Shown here: piece after piece, positions 58,267 to 64,000 of the stretch | Numbering within the stretch: the first letter of the stretch is position 1 | Layout: every line of letters starts with the position of its first letter | NCBI GenBank assembly: GCA_946500615.1 | Contig: CAMMWP010000003.1 | Location: 20,756 to 84,755 of the forward strand | Direction: 5' to 3' | DNA length: 64,000 bases | DNA from: an uncultured Clostridium sp. | Lineage (GTDB): Bacteria > Bacillota > Clostridia > TANB77 > CAG-508 | Notes under the pieces: generated by a model | Seen by the model: the letters and a program-made list of their open reading frames with translations, nothing else | Told to the model about the DNA's origin: nothing | Databases searched by the model: none | Position numbers and translations under genes: made by a program

Positions 58267-59165
58267 AATATAATATATTAGGATATTTAATCGGAGAAGG
58301 ATTTAGCAATGTATTTAAAAATAAAAAATCTACTGGTGCTTCACTTATGATTATGTGTGCAACCATGATTATATTTGGTGTATTTCTAATATTAGGAGAA
58401 AATATTAATCATTTTGTACGAGAAGTAGAAGATGCACAAGGAATACAAGTATTTGCAACGAGAGAAGCAACAACAGAACAAGTGCAAAAACTAGGTGAAG
58501 ACATAAAAAAAATAAATGGTGTCAACACAACACAATATGTATCAAAAGAAACAGCATTAGATCAAATGAAAGAAAAATTTTCAGAGCATGAAGAATTTTT
58601 AGAAGGATACGAAGGAGAAAATAATATATTTAGTGATTCTTATATTGTTACATTAACAGATTTAAATTTATTAGAACAAGTACAAAAAGAAATAGCAACA
58701 TTGGAAAATGTAAAAGAAATCACGAGCTCAAATGAAACCGTATCCACATTAATTGATTTAGCAAATGGAATTAAGATTGTAACAGGCGTGATTTTAGTAT
58801 TACTAATTATCATATCTGTATTTATTATTGCTAACACAATTAAATTAACTGTACATGCCAGAAGAAAAGAAATATCTATCATGAAATATGTTGGTGCGAC
58901 AAATGGATTTATCAGATGGCCTTTTATTGTAGAAGGTATGATTATTGGAATGATATCAAGTGGTATCTCTATTTTACTAGTTGCAGTGGCATATAACTTT
59001 ATTGCAGAACAAATGGTAAATTCACAATTCATGAAAATGGTAGGCGTTAGTTTAGTAGGATTTTCAGACATGTTTAGTTCAATCATATTTGTATATATGT
59101 TATTAGGAATAGGAATAGGTGCCATAGGTAGTATCATTTCTATGAGAAAATATTTAAAAGTATAA
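58263..59165 (+). CDS. ftsX: Cell division permease FtsX
   Basis: GTG start overlapping the ftsE stop. Topology is 1 TM + extracytoplasmic loop + 3 TM, with MKYVGAT motif. Confidence 0.9.
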   Translation: MKYNILGYLIGEGFSNVFKNKKSTGASLMIMCATMIIFGVFLILGENINHFVREVEDAQGIQVFATREATTEQVQKLGEDIKKINGVNTTQYVSKETALDQMKEKFSEHEEFLEGYEGENNIFSDSYIVTLTDLNLLEQVQKEIATLENVKEITSSNETVSTLIDLANGIKIVTGVILVLLIIISVFIIANTIKLTVHARRKEISIMKYVGATNGFIRWPFIVEGMIIGMISSGISILLVAVAYNFIAEQMVNSQFMKMVGVSLVGFSDMFSSIIFVYMLLGIGIGAIGSIISMRKYLKV

Positions 59166-59176
59166 AGGAGTAGAGC

Positions 59177-60379
59177 ATGCGTAAATTTTTATGTATTGTT
59201 TTAGCTTTTATCATCATTTGTACATATATAACTGTTGTATATGCAGACGATAATAACTTAACAAACTTGCAAAATCAGCAACAAGATTTACAAAACCAAC
59301 TTGACGAATCAAATAATGAATTAGAAGAAGTACAAAGTCAATTGTCAGAAAATTTGCAACAAATTGAAAAACTAGACGAAAAAATACAACAATCAGAAGA
59401 TAAAATAACAAAATTAAATGAAGAAGTGACACAATTACAAACAGAAATTTCAGATATTGAAGCAAAATTAGAAGTAGCAGAAAAAAATTATGAAACACAA
59501 AAACAAATTATGGAAAAAAGACTTGTCGCAATATATGAAGCAGGAGAAACAAAATATATTGATGTTCTTTTAAAATCAAATAATATTTCTGATTTTCTAT
59601 CAAGTTATTATTTGATTACAGAAATTACCTCAATGGATCAAAGTTTGTTGAATGAAGTAGAAACCCAAAAAAAAGAAATTGAATCAGCAAAACAGAAGTT
59701 GCAAAAAAATAGAACATCTTTAGCAACAGCTTTAAAAACACAGACACAAACTTCAACAGTATTGCAGAACACAAAAACATTAAGAGAAAACTATATAACA
59801 AGATTATCAGATGAAGAAAAGGCAAAACAAGCCAAAATAGATGAAATCACTGCACAATATAAAGCAGTTAATAATCAAATATTAGAACTTGCTAAGCAAG
59901 GATTAGATACCGTATATATAGGAGGCGTGCTTGCTTGGCCAGTACCGGGATATACCAAAATTACCTCAAATTATGGAATGAGGGTACATCCTATCACAGG
60001 ACAGTATAAATTACATACAGGAGTAGATATCAGTGCACCAATTGGTGCAAACTTTGTAGCAGCTAATGACGGAATTGTCACAAAAGCAGAATATAATACA
60101 GCATATGGAAACATGGTAATCATAGATCATGGGGGAGGAATCTCAACACTATATGCACATGGTTCAGAAATTTTAGTAACTGTTGGACAAACAGTAAAAC
60201 GAAATGATGCTATTTTAAAAGTTGGTTCTACAGGATATTCAACAGGTCCACATGCCCATTTTGAAGTAAGAATGAATGGTGTGGTCACAAATCCGATAGA
60301 ATATATAACCAATGGTGTCATTCCAGAATCACAAAATGAGAAAGAAAACACAACAGAAACGCAAAACACAACACAATAA
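59177..60379 (+). CDS. Coiled-coil M23 (LytM) peptidase, paralog 1
   Basis: Signal/anchor, about 230 aa of coiled coil, then M23 motifs HTGVD and GPHAHFE. Confidence 0.85.
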   Translation: MRKFLCIVLAFIIICTYITVVYADDNNLTNLQNQQQDLQNQLDESNNELEEVQSQLSENLQQIEKLDEKIQQSEDKITKLNEEVTQLQTEISDIEAKLEVAEKNYETQKQIMEKRLVAIYEAGETKYIDVLLKSNNISDFLSSYYLITEITSMDQSLLNEVETQKKEIESAKQKLQKNRTSLATALKTQTQTSTVLQNTKTLRENYITRLSDEEKAKQAKIDEITAQYKAVNNQILELAKQGLDTVYIGGVLAWPVPGYTKITSNYGMRVHPITGQYKLHTGVDISAPIGANFVAANDGIVTKAEYNTAYGNMVIIDHGGGISTLYAHGSEILVTVGQTVKRNDAILKVGSTGYSTGPHAHFEVRMNGVVTNPIEYITNGVIPESQNEKENTTETQNTTQ

Positions 60380-60525
60380 GACAACATTTGATGTTATAAG
60401 AAATACTTTGAGACGGTTCATTTATAACACAAAGTAAAAATAACAAAATAAAGTATGCAATTTTTCTTATAACATAAAAAATACAAAGTGTTAGACAAAA
60501 ATAGAATAAAAAGGAGAGAAACAAA

Positions 60526-61704
60526 ATGAAAAAAATTGGTCTCAAAATCTGTGGGATAGGATTAGTCGTAAGTATTTTATTGCAATATCATGTAGTAGTG
60601 GCAGTAACAAAATCAGAATTAAATGCAAGTAGTAATGAAACAGATAAGAAAATCGAGGAAGCTAAAGAAGAGCTAGAAAATATTCAGTCTGAAAAATCAG
60701 AAACATTACAACAAGTAGAGGATTTAATTACACAAATTTCATCATATCAATCAGAGATTGATTCATTAGATACAAAAATATCAGATATGAATTCCCAAAT
60801 AGAAGAGGCTCAAAGCAAAATAGAGCAAAAACAAGAAGATTATGATAAACAACAAGAATTATTAGAAAAAAGATTAGTAGCAACTTATGAAGCAGGTGAA
60901 ACTTCTTATTTAGATGTATTGCTTTCTTCAGAAAGTATAACAGATTTAATCTCAAATTATTATTTAATATCTGAAATTACAGAAAATGATATGAAGTTGA
61001 TGGATTCAATTAAACAAGAACAAGAAGAAATAGAAAAGGCAAAACAGACTTTGGAGACAAGCAAACAAGAATTGGATAGTATGAAAGCACAAAAACAACA
61101 AAAAGCAACAGAATTGAAAAATGCAAAAAATCAAAAAGATAGTTATGTAGCACAATTAAATGAAGAAGAAAAAAATACACAGGCAGAATTAGAACAATTT
61201 GAACAAGACAAAAGAGATATACAAGCACAATTAGCAGAAATAGCCAGAAAGGAAAGTGCTAATGCAGGAAATTCAAATGTTTCAAATATTACCAATAATC
61301 CAAGTGCTAGTGGATACATAAGACCAATTGTGGGATATAGTATTACAACTGGCTGGATGGGATATAGTGGACATACAGGTGTGGACTTTAGTGGGGCTGG
61401 AATTTCTGGAAAGCCAGTGTTAGCAGCAAAAGCAGGAACAGTCGTAACATCAATTGCATTGAAATATCCTAATGGTAATTATAGAAGTTATGGAGAATAT
61501 ATTGTCATTAATCACCATGACGGAACAATGACCCTATATGCACATGGAGCACCGGGATCAAGATTAGTAAGAGAAGGACAATCTGTTAGTCAAGGTCAGC
61601 AAATTATGAGTGTAGGAACAACAGGAAATTCAACAGGTTACCATTTACATTTTGAAGTAAGAGTAAATGGTGTGCCAGTTAATCCAACACCATATCTACC
61701 ATAA
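60526..61704 (+). CDS. Coiled-coil M23 (LytM) peptidase, paralog 2
   Basis: Same architecture. HTGVD and GYHLHFE. Confidence 0.85.
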   Translation: MKKIGLKICGIGLVVSILLQYHVVVAVTKSELNASSNETDKKIEEAKEELENIQSEKSETLQQVEDLITQISSYQSEIDSLDTKISDMNSQIEEAQSKIEQKQEDYDKQQELLEKRLVATYEAGETSYLDVLLSSESITDLISNYYLISEITENDMKLMDSIKQEQEEIEKAKQTLETSKQELDSMKAQKQQKATELKNAKNQKDSYVAQLNEEEKNTQAELEQFEQDKRDIQAQLAEIARKESANAGNSNVSNITNNPSASGYIRPIVGYSITTGWMGYSGHTGVDFSGAGISGKPVLAAKAGTVVTSIALKYPNGNYRSYGEYIVINHHDGTMTLYAHGAPGSRLVREGQSVSQGQQIMSVGTTGNSTGYHLHFEVRVNGVPVNPTPYLP

Positions 61705-61740
61705 TTAGAATATACAAGATGAAAAAAGAAGGAGGAACTT

Positions 61741-63003
61741 ATGAAAAAAGTATGGTATAAAATACTTGGAGGATTCGTCATTATTATATGTTTATTACAA
61801 TATAATATGATTGTATATGCAAATGAAATAACGGATTTAGAGAAGGAACAATTAAATAATCAAAAAAAGATAGATGAAACAAAAGAACAAAAAGACCAAG
61901 TTTCTCAAGAAAAGACAGATGTGCAAAAACAGGTAGATGAATTAAATAATCAAATATCAGAATATGAAGGACAAATAGCAGATTTAGATTATAAAATAAG
62001 TGATTTGAATACACAAATAACAGATGCACAAAATAAAATCAATGAAAAACAAACAAGTTATGATAAACAGCAGGAATTATTAGAAAAAAGATTAGTAGCA
62101 ACTTACGAAGCAGGAGAAACATCTTTTTTAGATGTATTACTTTCTTCAGAAAATATAATAGATTTAATTTCTAACTATTATTATGTGTCTCAAATCGCTG
62201 AAGCAGATATTAGTTTAATGGAAAAACTAGAAAATGAAAAGAAGGAAATTGAAGAGGCAAAGACAACATTAGAAAATAATAAAAAAGAATTAGATAATTC
62301 TAAAGTAGAAAAAGAAAGTAAATCTGTACAGTTGCAAACAGCAAAAAATGAGAAAAGTAAATATGTATCACAATTGTCACAAGAAGAGCAAGATTTACAA
62401 AAAGAAATAGACGAATTGACAAGAGATAACCAACAAATATTGAATGATATAAAAATAGCACAAGAAAGATATAAAAAGCAATTAGAAGAATTAGCAAACC
62501 AAAAGCCAGCAACAGGAGGATCATCATCAAATAGTTCTAGTGGTTCTGGAACTTCAGCAGGAGGCGCAACTAGTGGAACTTCAAATGCAGGTGGATTTAT
62601 AAGACCTGTCAATGGAGGAACGGTTACATGTAATGGACGTTATTCAAGTGGTAAATTTCATGGAGCAATTGATTATGGGGTAAGTATAGGAACACCAGTG
62701 TATGCAGCAGCTGATGGGGTGGTATTAACAACAAAAAGTATTACAACAAGTTATGGAACATATGTGGTTATTCAACATGCCAACGGTTTACAGACTTGGT
62801 ATGCACACGGTACACCCGGTTCAATTTGTGTATCGCCGGGACAAAGTGTAAAACAAGGTCAGATGATTATGAAAAGTGGAAATTCGGGAAACTCATCTGG
62901 AGCACATTTACATTTTGAAGTAAGAAAAGCACCGTATACATATAGTTATAGTGCTACGCAATATGGAGATGACTGTAGAGTGGATCCTAATTTGTATTTT
63001 TAA
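61741..63003 (+). CDS. Coiled-coil M23 (LytM) peptidase, paralog 3
   Basis: Same architecture with a G/S-rich linker. HGAID and GAHLHFE. Confidence 0.85.
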   Translation: MKKVWYKILGGFVIIICLLQYNMIVYANEITDLEKEQLNNQKKIDETKEQKDQVSQEKTDVQKQVDELNNQISEYEGQIADLDYKISDLNTQITDAQNKINEKQTSYDKQQELLEKRLVATYEAGETSFLDVLLSSENIIDLISNYYYVSQIAEADISLMEKLENEKKEIEEAKTTLENNKKELDNSKVEKESKSVQLQTAKNEKSKYVSQLSQEEQDLQKEIDELTRDNQQILNDIKIAQERYKKQLEELANQKPATGGSSSNSSSGSGTSAGGATSGTSNAGGFIRPVNGGTVTCNGRYSSGKFHGAIDYGVSIGTPVYAAADGVVLTTKSITTSYGTYVVIQHANGLQTWYAHGTPGSICVSPGQSVKQGQMIMKSGNSGNSSGAHLHFEVRKAPYTYSYSATQYGDDCRVDPNLYF

Positions 63004-63123
63004 ATATAAATATTATCAAAAAGAGGGATTGAGGAATATTCCTTAAATCCTTCTTTTTGGAATTTGTAGTTGGATTGTGAAATATAATAGATAAAAGAAC
63101 ATGAAACGAAAGGAAGGAACATA

Positions 63124-64000
63124 ATGGAAGAGAGAAAAAAATATAAAGTGTATAGAACAATTATGCTAATTGTTCTAGTTGCATTTATAACATTTATATT
63201 AACATCAGTAGGATTTTATCAATACTTTGTAAAAGGAGATAGTTTGAACAAATATTTAGCACTCATGACATCTGATGAAAGTCAAGATATTTCGCAAACA
63301 CTAGACACATATCATTCGCTAATCGAAAAATACTATTTAGGAGAAATAGATGAAGAAGGACTAAAAGAAGGTGCAATAAAAGGATATATAGAAGGTCTAA
63401 ATGATCCATATACAGAATATATTTCTAAAGAAGATATGGAAGATTATTTAGAAGATACAATGGGAAACTTTGTAGGAATTGGCATATACATGGTACAAGA
63501 TACAGATTCCAATAGAATTATGGTATTGGCTCCTATTAAAAATAGTCCAGCAGAAAAAGCAGGAATACAACCGGGAGATCTTATTTTATCTGTTAATGAA
63601 GAAGAATGTACAGCAGAAGATATGACAGTGATTTCAACCAAAATAAAAGGGGAAGAGGGAACAACTGTTAAATTACAAATTTTAAGAGGGGAACAAACAC
63701 TTGATTTTGAAATAAAAAGAGAAAATGTTATTGTAAACCCTGTAGAAGGAGAAGTTTTAGAAAATCATATTGGCTATATAGAATTTTCATCTTTTGATGA
63801 GAATACAGCAGAGGAATTTAAAACAAAATTTGAAGAATTGCAAACACAAGGAATTACTTCATTGATTATTGATTTAAGAAATAATGGAGGCGGAATTGTT
63901 GATGAAGCATTACAAATAGCAGGATATATTGCAGACAAAGATTCTGTACTTTTATATGAAGTGGATAAAGATAATCATGAAACTGTAGAAAAAAACAAAA
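63124..64000 (+). CDS. S41 carboxy-terminal processing protease (3' partial)
   Basis: Not in the ORF track because it runs off the window. ATG at 63124 follows AAGGAAGG. Has a TM anchor, a PDZ region (GIGIYM...SPAEKAGIQPGDLILSVN) and DLRNNGGG. Confidence 0.85.
   Translation, partial: MEERKKYKVYRTIMLIVLVAFITFILTSVGFYQYFVKGDSLNKYLALMTSDESQDISQTLDTYHSLIEKYYLGEIDEEGLKEGAIKGYIEGLNDPYTEYISKEDMEDYLEDTMGNFVGIGIYMVQDTDSNRIMVLAPIKNSPAEKAGIQPGDLILSVNEEECTAEDMTVISTKIKGEEGTTVKLQILRGEQTLDFEIKRENVIVNPVEGEVLENHIGYIEFSSFDENTAEEFKTKFEELQTQGITSLIIDLRNNGGGIVDEALQIAGYIADKDSVLLYEVDKDNHETVEKNK

Overview
Strongly AT-rich chromosomal segment from an endospore-forming Firmicute, apparently Clostridia-like (spoIIM, spoIVA and spoVAC/AD/AE are present). 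Genes are densely packed and mostly on the + strand. No rRNA, tRNA or CRISPR array was recognised.

Housekeeping content: dxs (5' partial), ylmH, tsaE plus a tsaB-rimI fusion, xerD, a MarR regulator with a heterodimeric ABC exporter, rlmN, ligA, folD, dprA, prmC, whiA, hemW, infC-rpmI-rplT, rsmB, a ROK glucokinase, ftsEX, three tandem coiled-coil M23 peptidases and a 3' partial S41 protease.

Items that stand out:
1. A dispersed foldback element of about 230-250 bp, with 3 full copies and 1 truncated copy. Its 124-nt core is almost invariant. Its 50-60 bp arms differ strongly between copies but stay self-complementary within each copy. I could not assign it to any known RNA or MITE family.
2. 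An 11-gene type IV pilus locus (45.3-55.1 kb). Its pilins lack the canonical Phe1/Glu5 signature and its prepilin peptidase has a divergent second active-site motif. A third, orphan pilin-like gene lies at 12 kb beside a homopolymer-frameshifted integrase.
3. A two-gene module translationally coupled to rlmN that encodes a glutamine-synthetase-like Amidoligase_2-type protein.
4. A 190-bp nested palindrome that exactly fills the spoVAC-spoVAD junction.
5. At least two further mosaic intergenic repeat families.
6. A candidate rod-shaped, 6S-like sRNA upstream of prmC.

All calls come from reading the translations and the DNA by eye. No database search was run.
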